Positions 1-13,854 of a DNA stretch of 64,000 bases are shown piece by piece. The position numbers were made by a program, and so were the translations under genes. Within the stretch, counting starts at the first letter, position 1. Each line of letters starts with the position of its first letter. Under the pieces are notes generated by a model. It saw only the letters and a program-made list of their open reading frames with translations. It had not been told where the DNA came from and ran no database searches. The stretch is taken from NCBI GenBank assembly GCA_951406725.2, contig OX597820.1, positions 77,562,001 through 77,626,000 of the forward strand, read 5' to 3'. This stretch comes from Octopus vulgaris. Its lineage: Eukaryota.

Positions 1-296
1 CAACAATAAACATAGATGTGTGTGTATGTATGTGTCAACAATAAACATATATATGTGTATGTATGTCAACAATAAACATATATATGTTTGTGTATATATA
101 TGTGTCACCAATAAACATATATATGTGTGTATGTATTGTCAACACTAAACATGTGTATATGTGTATGTATATGTATCAACGATAAACATATGTGTGTATG
201 TATATGTGTCAACAATAAACATATATGCGTGTGTGTGTATATGTATATGTGTCAACAATAAACATATATGCGTGTGTGTGTATATGTATGTATGTA
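1..296. repeat. Minisatellite, variable ~30-45 bp unit: TCAACAATAAACATAT plus TA/TG spacer
   Basis: Motif caacaataaacatat recurs about 8 times, separated by variable (TA)/(TG) tracts. Confidence 0.85.
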
Positions 297-520
297 CAAG
301 TGAGTCGACGTAAAAAAATGATAATTTGCTTTGGCTCCATGCAACTTAAGACGACGGGGGCTCGAAAAACGAACTTAGCTCTTCAGGCACACGTAACAGA
401 AGATTACTAATATACGTGAATGAGTGTGTGTATATCTGTGGGTTTCTGTCTCTGTGTGCGCGTGTGTGAATGAGTCTGGGTGTCTGTGCCTGCGTGTCTG
501 TGTGTATGTGTCTGTTTCTT

Positions 521-706
521 TTAATTTAAAAAGACGCTAGAAACGATAATTCGCTCACAAATGTCGCCTTTTTTTCAATTTAGACGATGTTAAATTTGAG
601 CGTCATAAAAACTTACAACATACAGATAAAACTAATATAAAATTAGTATTTTCTCGAAGTTCTCTTTTTGCTGTACTAATTTACGTAATTATTTGCAATG
701 TAGAAA
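521..706. repeat. ~185 bp near-identical dispersed repeat, copy 1 (copy 2 at 4186-4373)
   Basis: ttaatttaaaaagacgctagaaacg...gcaatgtagaaat occurs twice with only a few differences. Confidence 0.9.
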
Positions 707-780
707 TATGAAGAGAAACATAGGTAGATATATAGACAAACAGACACACAGTCCCAAAGAGAGACAGGCACACACATGGA

Positions 781-807
781 TAGATAGATAAATAGATAGA
801 TAAATAC

Positions 808-868
<61 letters not shown>

Positions 869-878
869 CAGATAGATT

Positions 879-939
<61 letters not shown>

Positions 940-946
940 GTAGCTC

Positions 947-1035
<89 letters not shown>

Positions 1036-1046
1036 CTCGATAGATA
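781..1046. repeat. (GATA)n microsatellite
   Basis: Direct reading; similar tracts at ~47390-47575, 56297-56590 and 58021-58105. Confidence 0.95.
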
Positions 1047-1160
1047 AATATACAGAAAAATAGATAGGTAAATATCTATATATATATACATCCGAAAGTC
1101 TTGATTCATCATGAACATCACAGATGAGTCATTCGAGAACCTCCGTCAGGTGTATCAATG

Positions 1161-1243
<83 letters not shown>

Positions 1244-1470
1244 ATACATACAAACAAACACAAATCCGTGCTACACGGAATTTTATCAGTGAAAATGTTG
1301 CAGTTTCAAAGCGACGAAAACATTTTGATAATTTACGTTTAAATGTTGAAGTGAATCTAACGGTTATTGTGTGTATTTTAAATGCCTTATAAACACCTTC
1401 CACGCTGTCATTGTTTTTGTTTGAGCATACGATCTCAGATCAACTCAATTGCTACGCAAGTACATCTCCG

Positions 1471-1511
<41 letters not shown>

Positions 1512-1559
1512 AATATATGAAAGAATGGAGTTGAACGACGAATTAACAAAATTCCTTTA

Positions 1560-1642
1560 TTTTCGACATATGTTTCGAAGGCTGCATATTCCTAATTGCT
1601 AAGGAATAAGGAGTATATTATGCCACTTTCTCATCAGGAAAA
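1560..1642 (-). ncRNA. Type-I hammerhead ribozyme, canonical core
   Basis: Minus strand: UUUUC-CUGAUGA-[long imperfect stem II GAAAGUGGCAUA...UAUGCAGCCUUC]-GAAAC-AUAU-GUC-GAAAA; 5-bp stem I, palindromic stem III ACAUAUGU, GUC site. Confidence 0.8.
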
Positions 1643-2355
1643 GCAAGGAACTTATGTCAACATCAAGATGCACAAAAAACTTTTAGATGACTGCTCACAC
1701 GGAGCAGATAGTGATAATGAGTGTCTCTTTAAAAAAATTCCTTTATAAGGAGTGACGTCAAAATGGTTGGATGTAGAAGATTCTAGAACGTTCTAAAGGT
1801 TCAAGGATTCAAACGAAGTAGAAGAGAGGCATAAGAATAGGAAGGTGAAAGGGTGCAGTTCAAATGAATGGTGAATTTTCTTTTGTGAATGAGTGTCTGT
1901 GTGTGTGACTGTATATAATGGCATTAATGTGTGTGTGTGTGTATGTGTGTGCGTGATTGTGTTTGTGGATGGGTGGGTGTCAGAAAACAGACAGTGGTGA
2001 GGTGAACGGTTTGTGTCTGTGCGTTTGATTGTGCTTACTATAGATAGAGGGAAAGAGAGAGAGAAAGAGAGAGAAAGAGGAGGGCGAGGTATAGGGACAA
2101 AGGTAACACATACCTCACTGGATTGGGTAGTAGTTCTTTGTTATATATATATATATATACATACATATATATATATACATAAATATATATACATACATAT
2201 ATATATATATACATAAATATATATACATACATATATATATACATACATACATATATATATATATATACATATATATATACATACATATATATATATACAT
2301 ATATATATATACATACATATATACATACATATATATATATACATACATATATATA

Positions 2356-2629
2356 TGGAGGCGCAATGACACAGTGGTTAGGGCAGCGGAGTCGCGGTTG
2401 TAAGATCGCGGTTTCGATTCCCAGACCGGGCGTTGTGAGTGTTTATTGAACGAAAACACCTAAAGCTCCACGCGGCTCCGACAGGGAGTGGTGGCGATCC
2501 CTGCTGTACTCTTTAGTCAGAACTTTCTCTCACTTAGCCAGCGGGGTGGCGTCATTTGAAGGCTAAAACATTGCGAATCGCATTGTAACCAGTGATGTGT
2601 AGCAACATCTGATAGCCTGGTCGGTCACG

Positions 2630-2633
<4 letters not shown>
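2356..2633 (+). mobile_element. tRNA-derived SINE (family 1) embedded in (TA)n
   Basis: Head ggaggcgcaatgacacagtggttagggcagcgg...ggtttcgattccc has A- and B-box-like motifs; GC-rich ~280 bp island between TA tracts. Confidence 0.75.
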
Positions 2634-2712
<79 letters not shown>

Positions 2713-2861
2713 GTTTACATATATACATATATATATATAAATATATATATGTATATAAAATTAGACAATAGAGAAAACCACAGATTAACAAACATCGATT
2801 GGACCATACATATAGCTTACTTTTTAATACAAAGAATGGCATAGCAAATAGGTGACATAAC

Positions 2862-2975
2862 AAATTTACGGCTGTTTCCGCATCCGTTACCAAACGCTTT
2901 CTATAAATAGTTGTGAAAATAAAATTCTTTATCTTCATAAGACATTCGAATTACGGCATGGGGCTTCATCAGAGT
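2862..2975 (-). ncRNA. Degenerate hammerhead-like motif
   Basis: Minus strand CUGAUGA-A-[long stem II]-GAAAC-AGCC-GUA; stem I poor, stem III palindrome imperfect. Confidence 0.4.
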
Positions 2976-3478
2976 AAAAACAAGAACATCCAATATAAAC
3001 AAAGGGAAGAAGGAAAAGGAAAGAAAACATGGCCGAGAAAAGAATTCTAGAAGACCAATATATTAAAAGCATATTAGTCTACCATCTTGGGGCTACAAGG
3101 TTCGTAGATAAAAGAGTGATCCAATAATGATCGAGGGAATACTAAAATACATTTAAGGGGAGTTTCAATTTAGGGGAGGGTGTAAGATGTTATAACTAGA
3201 TTTCTTATGTGATGCTTTGTATTAAAAAATAAGCTATAAATATGGTCCAATGGATGTGTTTGTTAACGTGAGGTTTTCTCCATTTTATTATTATTTGTAT
3301 TTGTTTTTTTGATAAACTCTTCTTTATCCCGTTGTTACCTGCACTCTACATGCATAGTGTGTCTGCACATCAATAGCCGGGGATAACACGAGTAACGAAG
3401 AGCGATAGTACGTACAGATATGTTATCCCTTAGTCGGTTATTACAACCGGTAACTCTGTTTACACCATATATATATGA

Positions 3479-3536
<58 letters not shown>

Positions 3537-4185
3537 GTATATGTATGTATATATGTATGTATGTATGTATGTATTATACATATATAGTTCATAGATGAGA
3601 TCCAATGGTTCTCAGTATAGAAGACACTTAGTATTGTTCAAAGGGTTCTAATTTAAACTCTGATGTGTTAACAGGAGGGGGACATCCACAAGGTAAAGAA
3701 AGGCTAGAAGAGGAATAAAGTTGTACAGGTAAAGAAACAATTATGCGGATATACAGATTAAATACATTAAATATAGTAAATATGTTAAATATACTGGTTA
3801 GTGTATAAAATACAAAAAAAATCACATGTTGTATGCATGCAAAACGAGAGAAAACAAATGGTGGATATTTTCAGTTAATGAATTAGTTTTAGAAGAAATA
3901 TATAAATATATAAATATATGTATATGTGTATGTATATATCTATAGCTATATCTATCTATATACGTACATAATTACACACACGCGTGTGTGTATGGGCGCG
4001 TGCATGCGTGTACGCGCATGTTTGACATAAATATGTATATATGTATATCTCTACATACGTACGTACATGCAGGCGCGCGAGTGTGTGTGTTTGCATTTAT
4101 GTAAATTGACACACTAACCGAAGTTTAACACTTACGGAGAGCTAGATATGCACATGCAAGCGACTTTTTCAAATTCTTAAATAAT

Positions 4186-4373
4186 TTAATTTAAAAAGAC
4201 GCTAGAAACGCTAATTCGCTCACAAATGTCGCCTTTTTTTTCAATTTAGACGATGTTAAATTTGAGCGTCATAAAAAATTACAACATACAGATAAAACTA
4301 ATATAAAATTAGTATTTTCTCGAAGTTCTCTTTTTGGTGTACTAATTTACTTAATTATTTGCAATGTAGAAAT
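4186..4373. repeat. ~185 bp dispersed repeat, copy 2
   Basis: Matches 521-706. Confidence 0.9.
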
Positions 4374-6331
4374 TTTCTAATTAGTAACTCTTCCAATATC
4401 TATGTAGAATTTAGGAGAATACAGTGTCCCTATATATTTTATGACAACATAAGTAAGACAAATTACAACAATTTCAGAACTGGAATCCGGAATTTTGGTA
4501 AGAAAAATAATCTCTATGATTCAACACTGGTTCAAACCATTCAGAGGCGTTTCCTTGCAATTCGATCTTACTGTAAACGCACGATGCATGACAAAGGAAG
4601 TCGCTTCTGTAGGAACGAAAAGAATTCTTGTGATGACAATGTACTCTGGTAGTTGTTCTGATTTATTGCTGTTTTAACAGCAAAGACGCTTCATCAATAT
4701 ACCAGTGTGTATGGAACTAATATAGGCAACATTTCTTTGGATAAACACCGGTAGAGTAGGAAGAGGTGATTTGCATACTAAGGCATCTAACAATCATCCT
4801 AAATAAAGGTTTTGCCAAGGTGTGCGCTTATATGTGCTAAGTCATGATCAACTTTCACTAACTGCACCCTAGTACCAAGATTGTTCCTACAGAAGATGAC
4901 AAATGAGCTTAGGAATATTGAATGCATCACACAACGCTAAAATAATATGCTTATTTAAATCAGCTACACAAAGAGTACTATGCAAATATCACTCCTGATT
5001 ACAATAAATACCAACAGTGGTAAAATAACCTAGTGTTGCTGCAAATTAACCAAACAGAAAATTGCGAAGTTGTCTGTAAAACATACAAAAATCATAAATC
5101 AAAATCACATAATGGTGGCCTCTTTCTAGAGGGCATCCTTCGTAAACCATTCAAAATTGCAAAGAGCGCTCGTCGCTACCAGACTAGTTGTCATTTCAAC
5201 GTTCAAAAGGAGCAGCTAAACAAGGTGATGCAAGCAGTAAAAGAGAGGCCCATATCATACGTGAATTACAAATAAAAATTGTTCTCGAGCTACTTGAATA
5301 TATTCATCGAGGATCACAGCGAAATGTATTATGAAGTAAGTGATGATCAGGAAGGTAGAAAGAAAGGAGTTCAGAGATTTGCTGTGTCCATCACTGTCCA
5401 TAAATACAGACGTCATGAAGAAAGCGAAAGTGAAAGGACCGAAAACAACCGACTTTAAGCCGAGTCTATGAGAAGGCGTTTGACTCGGTTCCTCATTTGC
5501 GGATAATAAGAGTAATTATAGTTTCATAAAATACGTAAAGTTATAATTGTTGGACTGAACAACAGTATCCGCAGAGCAAGCGGCAAGAAATAAAGCTAGT
5601 TATCTAGTCTCTAACAGAATTAGTCTATCAAGTGATATGTCCCCCAGGGAAATCTTTAATGTTTTTGCCCTACTTGTGAAGACCATTTGAGCACTCTTAA
5701 AGTACTGTAAAGACTACATAATAAGATCCGAGAAGAATTAATGTCATCTAGCATTTTTGTTTGACATTAAGCTATATTCAAGCAATAGAATGTAGGTTAT
5801 TTATCCGTCGTGGAAAATAACCCCCACCCTCAAAGACAGTTACCTTGAGGACAACAGATGAGGAACTAAAATGTCTTAATATATTGGAGAGGGGGAATTA
5901 ACGAAGGGGGCAAATGTCCTAGAGGGTAGCTGTTGAGGGGTTGGATTATCGTATGGGTAGAGGGGTAATTGTCCTGATACTAAGCAATATTCACGATACT
6001 GAGAGGCAATTAAAACTGATCCCAATAATGTTACGGAATATAGGACTAGAGATGTGTGAGTGTGTTGCATCCGGGTGTGTGCGCAACTGTATATATATAC
6101 ATATTTAGTTTACTAAAACCTTTATAGCTCAGGCGCAAAGACCCGCCTTCAGAAGAAAAGAACAATCGAAGTAAACTCCAGTTATGTAGGGTTCGTTACC
6201 CCACAGAAATTGGTGAATGCAATATGAGCCTTTGCGCCTGAAATACTAAAGTTGTATTAAACTTTCGGCATTTTCAGAAGCCTTCTATTTTCTCTCTTTA
6301 TACATTCTAACACACACACACACACACACAT

Positions 6332-6404
<73 letters not shown>

Positions 6405-6506
6405 GGAGTAAACACATAAATGTGAAACAAGGTGGAAAAAAGAGTACTCAAATACTAGGGGTAGAGTAATATGCTTTATTTAAAAGCAGCAGAAATTCAA
6501 CAAAAC

Positions 6507-6544
6507 CTGTTACTCGGAGTTTCACGTTCCCGTTCGTCGGACAG
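6507..6544 (-). ncRNA. Minimal hammerhead-like motif with CCGACGA core
   Basis: Minus strand: CUGU-CCGACGA-ACG GGAA CGU-GAAAC-UCCGA-GUA-ACAG; stems I, II and III all pair; U4 replaced by C. Confidence 0.65.
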
Positions 6545-6586
6545 TTTTGATAAACAAAACTTTTAAATAAAGTATATATATATCTA

Positions 6587-6753
6587 GGTGCAGGAGTGGC
6601 TCTGTGGTAAGAGGCTTGCTTCCCAACCACATTGGTCCGTATCAAGTCTCACTGCGTGGCACCTTCGGCAAGTATCTTCTACTATAGCCTCGGGCCGATC
6701 AAAGCCTTGTGAGAAGATGTGGTAGACGGTTACTGAAAGAAGGCCATTGTACA

Positions 6754-6832
<79 letters not shown>

Positions 6833-7035
6833 TTGTGTGTTTGTGTTTATCCCGCCACCATAGCTTGTCAGCTGCTGGTGTGTTTACGTTGCCGCAACTT
6901 AGCGGTTCGGCAAAAGACACCGATAGAATAAGTAGAAGGCTTACAAAGAATAAGTCCCGTGTTCGATACGTTCTACTACAGGCGTTGCTCCGGCATGGCC
7001 GCAGACTGAAACAAGTAAATGAGTAAAACAGTAAA
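6587..7035 (+). mobile_element. tRNA-derived SINE (family 2) with internal TA/TG microsatellite
   Basis: ggtgcaggagtggctctgtggtaag...cactgcgtggcaccttcggcaagtatcttctactatagcctcgggccg...gactgaaacaagtaaa; recurs at 13650, 29755/30560, 49050, 54525 and partially at 15805. Confidence 0.85.
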
Positions 7036-8856
7036 GGGTAAGGTATGTATGTATGTATGTATGCATTTATGTATGTATTTACATATGTATTAATGTATGT
7101 ATGTATGTATGTATGTATGTATGTATGTATGTATGTATGTATGTATTGATATGTGTGTTATCTATGTGTGCGATATTCATATTAGTGAATCTCTTGTGCA
7201 ATATTTCTATTGAAAAAAAGTGCTTAATATTTTTTCCGATATCGCATTTTTACCAGCAGCTGATAATGCATGAAATTTGTTGTGTAGAGTCGAGCATGTG
7301 AAAAACTTTTATGAGAATAAGATGTTCAGTTCACGTTCTTAATGACCGTAAACGTTCTGACAAGTATAAAAGCTGAAATGTGTTGTATGAGATGTAGTCA
7401 TTGCTTTTTAAAGAATTGTCTTAGATAATAAAACCCTGAATAATTCATATGATGTTGAATATTTATGTATATGTTATCCATTGTTCTATCTATTCTAAAA
7501 TATCAATTGACATAACTAAAGCTTTGAATGTCAAATAGAATTGAATGAGCATCAGACGCTGGCGAATGATGAAATCGGATGCTAAATAATTAATATTCGC
7601 AGAAGACTTTCTTTTCAAACTGCATGGGCTCTTGACGCGAAAATGAAAATTGATGACCATTAGTATAGTTTTCACTTGGAAAACAACTACAGAATTAATC
7701 TGACATTAATTTGTGTGCTGTCATGTCTATGTAGATAAGAAAACCTTTCATAACTATTCCACTGTGTTGTAACATGTGCTATTGTGTTCCGGCTGATCGG
7801 TGCATTCTGAATGCAATTTGGCAAAAAATCTGTGGGGATGTCAATTTCTACATACATACATATGTCTTTATATGTACATACATAGATACATGCATGCATA
7901 TATGCATACATACACACACACAGACGCATTTTCGCAAAAACCTGAAATACTAGAGTTTTAATGCAAAAGAAACGGATGCGGATTCTCTAAATCGAGTCTC
8001 TATGCTGCACAGTGAAAATTTGTAAGACATGCAACAGATCCTCAAACAGAGATTTCTATGTGAATAGATGCGCACCCTTGGAGAAGGCATCGGTAGGAGA
8101 GCCAAAACACACACACACTCAACCACATATTTACCAGCACCGGGAACTTTCTCAACTCAAAATGTCTTGTTGCTTTTAACGACCGACATAGACTCTCTTA
8201 ATAACTTAAACTCAAAGGAAAACCATATATACATTTATAAATACATACATACATGTAATTATATATATGTGTTTGTGTGTGTATGTGTGTGTGTGTGTAG
8301 CAACAAGCAAATGCACCCATGTTTGGACGGTGTAATTTATTATTAGGGTGCACTCCTGTGGATGCTTAAAGTTGAATTAGCTGCAGTTAGAAGTTGTTTC
8401 AAGTTGACAAGCGTAAAATGTATAATTGCGATTTTCGTTAGGAGTTTATCATATGGTATTAATAAACTTAAGGAATGAATGAATGTTTTTCAATGCAAAT
8501 TTGGCTGTTAGTACTAAATGAAAGTCCACGAAATGAGATCGCAATTGCAGTAGGCATTAGGGATCCTATATCTTACTTGAAGCGTTTTGTATCATGTAAC
8601 TATTTTTCTCGTAATGCCTGACACAACCACATTGGAGCCTTTTTTTTCCACGAAAGTCATGTATGATAAAGAAAGGCGAAACTTTATAGCAAACACGCAA
8701 ATAGATTAATGGCATGTACAAAAATAAATGTCAGAGCATGCTTATGAGCAAACAGTATGCGTGAAATATGAAGGGTCATTGAAGGTAATGTACTGTTAAC
8801 AGCAATCAGGGAAATGAAGCAAAATATTAATGAAATGTTTGCAGGAAGTTTCATTG

Positions 8857-10580
8857 CTACTGGCTACAGTTTGGCGTAGATGTGAAGAACGCGGTAGAGG
8901 AATAGTAACTGTAGAGCTGTTTTGTAGACAACGTTTTTTGTTTCTCCTTCAGGAGCACAGATGAATAGTTGTCTGGATGGCCAACTCTGGAACAACTGAC
9001 GTAGAACTGTCGATATGAAAAGCACGATGTTCGAAGGTCCAATCTGACAACTTGCAGCGAATAACCTTGTGCTTTGTTAGTTGTCATGGCGAAGCTGAGT
9101 TTCAGATGGAACAGCAGTCTCTGCATAGGGTAGGTGCAGTCTGTTGAGGTTAGCGGAATTTTCGGATAGAAAACAGTATCATTTTTGCAGTGTCCCGTGG
9201 TAATTTGGGCTTCAATGTCGTGATCCATCATTTGTTTGACCACACAGCGAGTTCCATTGCATAGTATAGGTGCGTTTAGATTGAGAGGGCAACCGACTTT
9301 TAAGTGAAGATCATGGAGAGAAGGAGTCCTGGAGGATCTTGGGAGTTGATAAATTCTGTTGGAAAGTGCGTAACCTGATCGAGAACTCTGTGTCAACTGA
9401 TTAGTAACAACGTTCTTGAGAAGGTAGCCGACTAAGTCGTGGTTAAGAGTGTTGACAGCTACATTTGCTGGTGCAAGAACAGCCCTGTCGCGAAGCCAAC
9501 CTGGTTTTATGTAATCCGGTGTAAGATTTGTGTAAACGGCAGAACATTATGGCTGGAGGCAGTGTGGCCAATGGTGGTAGTGTCAATGTATCTGTTGCCG
9601 TCAGACATAATTTGTTCATTGCCGATCTTAAGGAGCATTTCTGAAAACTGAATTGTAGGCTTACTAGTCTGTAGGAGTAATCACATGTTGATGGAGGGGG
9701 GTGTCTCGATTGGACATGCGTCCAAAGGAGGGATTTTTCAAAGCAGGCATTATGTTCGTCAGCGGGTGTTTCGATGGGTATAATAGGCAGAGTGTGCCGA
9801 AAATCTCCTGCAAGAGGTAGAGTCACATCTCCAAGGATGCTGTTGTTTGATCTAAAGACTCTCATCGTAGGATGAAGTGCTTGTAGGAACATTTATGGAA
9901 CATAATTGCTTCATCCTGAACAATGAGTTTCCACTTTTTCAAAAGTGTCGCTTCGTCCGAGGAGTGCTTTATGTGGCACATTGGGTTTTCTTAATGTGTT
10001 ACATTGAAAGGCAATTTCAAGACAGAGTGAGCTGTCCGTCCACCCCTGAGAAGAGCCGAGACTGTTCCTAATGAGACAACAGCAATAGCAAGGTCACCAT
10101 TATGCCGCAACTTCGCAAGAAGAAGATTCAGGAGGAATGTTCTTCCATTCCCACGGGTGCGTCTAAGAAGATGATTCCGCGAGTGTGTGTGTTGATGTTT
10201 CTGAGGACGAATAGTATATGTGAGCTTGATCGAAATTGAGAAGGGGCTCATTGTCTGCATTGTACTATTTGAGTTGGAGGATGTTGTAGGTGGAAAATGA
10301 GGTGGTATACACACACGCGCACACACACACACACACACACTCTGACTGTTACTTCGCAGATTTACCTCACTTGTCCACAATGTTGACCGTAACAAGGTTT
10401 TTCCGACCTTCTCAAACTAGATGCCCTATTACTTCCTATTACTCCATAAGTGAAAAATCTAATCAGTGTAGAACCATCTGTGGAACATAAGTGATGTATT
10501 TGCCAAAAAATATTGACTTTACGTGGGATCAAACTAATGTTCGGTCACACACACACATCTCTCATCTTATATATATATGA
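8857..10580 (-). mobile_element. Decayed Helitron: PIF1-like helicase relic with probable 5' end
   Basis: Minus ORFs give Walker A-like RGNGRTFLLNLLLAKLR..GGRTAHS, LAGDFRHTLP, LCNGTR, FAMTTNKAQGYSL, FSYRQFYVSCSRVG; TC-(TA)n-AAGATGAG start near 10580; 3' CTRR end not located. Confidence 0.85.
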
Positions 10581-11014
10581 CATGTATGCGCATGTATTTA
10601 TATATGCACATCTGTGTGTATATATACATGCATGTAATTATATGTGCATTTCAATGGAGAGTGTATAGTCATCTATAGTTAGAAGGACATCTTGAAAGAG
10701 AAAAATTATCGATGATTAAGGATAGAAATAATAACAGGATAATATAGTGCTCGTCAAAAAAACCTCAGATGACATACATTAATCAAAAACATAGCTGAAA
10801 TACTGAGCGATGACTGATGACTTATGACTCATTTAAATACCTCATATTTTGGTGTTAACTTCAACAATAATGGTATTGACTTTGTCTGCTATAATTATGC
10901 CGTGAAATGTGGCAGGTGATGCAAATTATCAAAAGCATCTTTGTAATGAGTCCAGAAAGCTGTATCATTATTGAATCAAGTATATTAATGCATATACATA
11001 TGGAAATATGTGTG

Positions 11015-11845
11015 TACATGGTGCAATCAAAAAGTGTCTGACTTTATATTCCCTCGCCAATATCATGTGTGAAAACATTCGCTCTGGCAGGCCGCGTTAG
11101 TTCCGGACTGTTATGCCGACAGTAGACACGTGTAGTGTGCGCTTGTCGGATTTTCGTTTCACCGAACGTATTTTGCAGTGTTATTGCGTCACGTTTTACC
11201 AAAACCTTGGCAATACTCAAGATCAAATCACTCAGAAGATTCAGCAGGACTCTAGTGATGATTCTATCGGCAAAACTCAGAACATAGAGCGGTAGAACCG
11301 CTTGATACCTGGCTGCACGGAAGAGTGAGGCACCCTGAGGCAGCCAATCCACTAGTCGAGACGAGGAGTTGATTGAGACGGTTCGGTGAATAGTCTTGGA
11401 AGATCGTCATGCAACAGTCCTGGAAATTGCACACGAAGTGAGAATAAGCACAGGATCACTGCAGTACATTTTAAGGGAGGATTTGCGCCTCTGGGTAAAT
11501 GATAGGGACAGTTATCTTCAAACTTCCGTGGGGAGCAGCAAAAGTAACTCCGCATGAAAATTGTGCAGAAAATGCTGGACTGTGCAACCCACGATCCAAA
11601 TTAATGACGACCATCATCATTGGTAATGAGGCATGATTCTATGGTCTCTGCTCGATTCCTTCGTTCATCTTGCTTGGAAACAAAATCCGATAAGCGTGCA
11701 CCGTCTGTACTCTAGGCATAACAACCGAGAGCTGGTGCGGCCTTCGGGCGCGAAAATCTTCCAACTAAAAGATTTTACCTATACAGCATTAGATTTTGGA
11801 AGGAAAAAAAAAATAAAATCTGACACTTTTTGAACGCGTGTCGTA
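11015..11845 (+). mobile_element. Internally deleted mariner element
   Basis: TA-flanked imperfect TIRs (tcaaaaagtgtctgacttt / aaatctgacactttttgaa); HTH relic CVTFYQNLGNTQDQITQKIQQDSSDDSIGKTQ. Confidence 0.75.
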
Positions 11846-12549
11846 AATATGTATATGGCACATCTCTGTACTTGTGGATATCTTGTAAAATATTTCTCTC
11901 TATAAAATATATTATCTTGGGAAACGAATTTGTTATTTGCAATGTACATGCCCTAACGCGGGAATACGTTGATTATATTCTCTACCTAAAGAAAATTACT
12001 ATTCTGTCAAACATTAAAGCAGTATATTGCAGTGTTAATTTATTTGTTATATTAGATGGCCAACCTCCAAATGACGTTTATAAATATCTAATATTTGCGT
12101 ATGTTATCTATTTTTTTATCTCTTCGCAAATGTCAACTGAGAAAACAAAGAAAAAATCGAATGTCAAATAGAAATTGGTAAAAAGAAATGAGAAACTGGC
12201 AAATAACAATATAAGGCACTGAATAATTAACGATAACGAAAGAGCTTAATCCGCAATTTATATGCATTACTATGAAGAAGAAAAACAAGGATGAAATGGA
12301 GCAACCATAAAACATGTTCTAGTTAAAAAAATGCGATATACTCAACTTCGTTAAAGGTTGGCTCATACATTGTTGTGATAAGACGTTATCTTTGCTATCA
12401 CGGGATTGCCGCTTCGAATTTACTGACCGACATTATTGGTAAATGTGTACCGGAAATCCCCCTACCCTGTCGTTGAACAGTGCCAGCGGAGGAGAATTTA
12501 ACGGATGGAAATGCTGCTGATATCCGTCATATGCGTATAAACATAGCTA

Positions 12550-12806
12550 TTCAGTAATCCCTCGAATATGGCAAGTGTTACGTTCCTAAACACCCCAGGA
12601 TAGGTGAAAATCGCGGAGTAGACACTGTACTGTACTGTATAGTTTTTTTTTATTATTATTCTTATAATTTATATATATTCATTTTATCATAAATGCAAAC
12701 CAACACCACGGAGGAACCGACGTAAGGTTAAATAATAAACTGCGATGGGTGAACCGCAATAGGTGAACCGCGATAGGTGAACCGCGATATGATGAGCGAT
12801 TTCTAT
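12550..12806. mobile_element. Tc1/pogo-type MITE, degenerate
   Basis: Left end cagtaatccctcg, right end gagcgatttctata; internal 14-bp repeat ataggtgaaccgcg x3. Confidence 0.55.
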
Positions 12807-13649
12807 ATATTGTATGATATGTCTCTCAGTGATAAACATTGTCTACTGATGTATAGAGAGCATTGAAATCTACAAATATTTTTTCTTGTGCCACGAACGG
12901 TGCAGCAATAAGCTGGAAATCTTACTTAAAATGCTTTTTTTGAAAGAAATTATTTGTGATATTTACCCACCACTTTGCGAAAACAAGTTCTTGATATTTG
13001 TTAATATGCACAACACGTACAAACGATTGATCGTTGGGAAAATGACAGCCATGAAACTATTTTTAACAAATCTTAGTATACGCTCCAACAGGCATTGTAC
13101 TTTGAATAAAATTTAACTATCTTGAAAATGCTATTGATAAATTCTACGGTTTTTGCTGGAGTTTCAACAAGGATTATGCAGACTTGAAAGCAAACAGACG
13201 ATAGGAATTAAAAACCTTTTTCAATTCAGGAAAAGTGAAAAGAAGAAAATCATTCCTTTCAAACTTAAGGATCTCACATATAGGTTTATAATATGGAAAT
13301 CTATATTTTCGAGGAATCTACTGCGCAACACACTAGTAACTGGGAGTACATTATCTAGGGCTATAACTGTCTTTTTTTTATATCACCTATATCCATAATA
13401 TCAAGGGCTTCGTTATTTATATAGATGTATATTAGCTAGAAAGTATACACCGGACAGAACTAATTTGGGTCTACATAATTTAGTACAGTATTACGTAGGA
13501 TATCTTATCTATGACCACGTATCTTGGACTATATTCTGTAGGACTAAGTTGTCTAGGTCTGTATTAGCTATGGGTAAAGTATCTAGGGCCTCATTATTTC
13601 TTATATTATGCTACGCAGGGTTACAGTGACCCAAATGAAAGTATACTCT

Positions 13650-13813
13650 TTGCTTTTTACTCGTTTACTTGTTTCAGTCATTTGACTGTGGCCACTTATT
13701 CTATCGGTCTCTTTTGTCGAACCGCTAAGTTACGGAGACGTAAGCACACCATCATCGGCTGTCAAGCGATGTTGAGTGGACAATCACAGGCACACAAACA
13801 TAAACACCCACAT

Positions 13814-13854
<41 letters not shown>

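Noticed and set aside
1-296. CRISPR-like repeat/spacer array
   Set aside because: Spacers are low-complexity TA/TG, context is eukaryotic, no cas genes
4359-5980. Possible decayed DNA transposon or host exons
   Set aside because: Short ORFs show no diagnostic motif; the G-rich end at ~5890-5980 is MITE-like but no partner TIR was found
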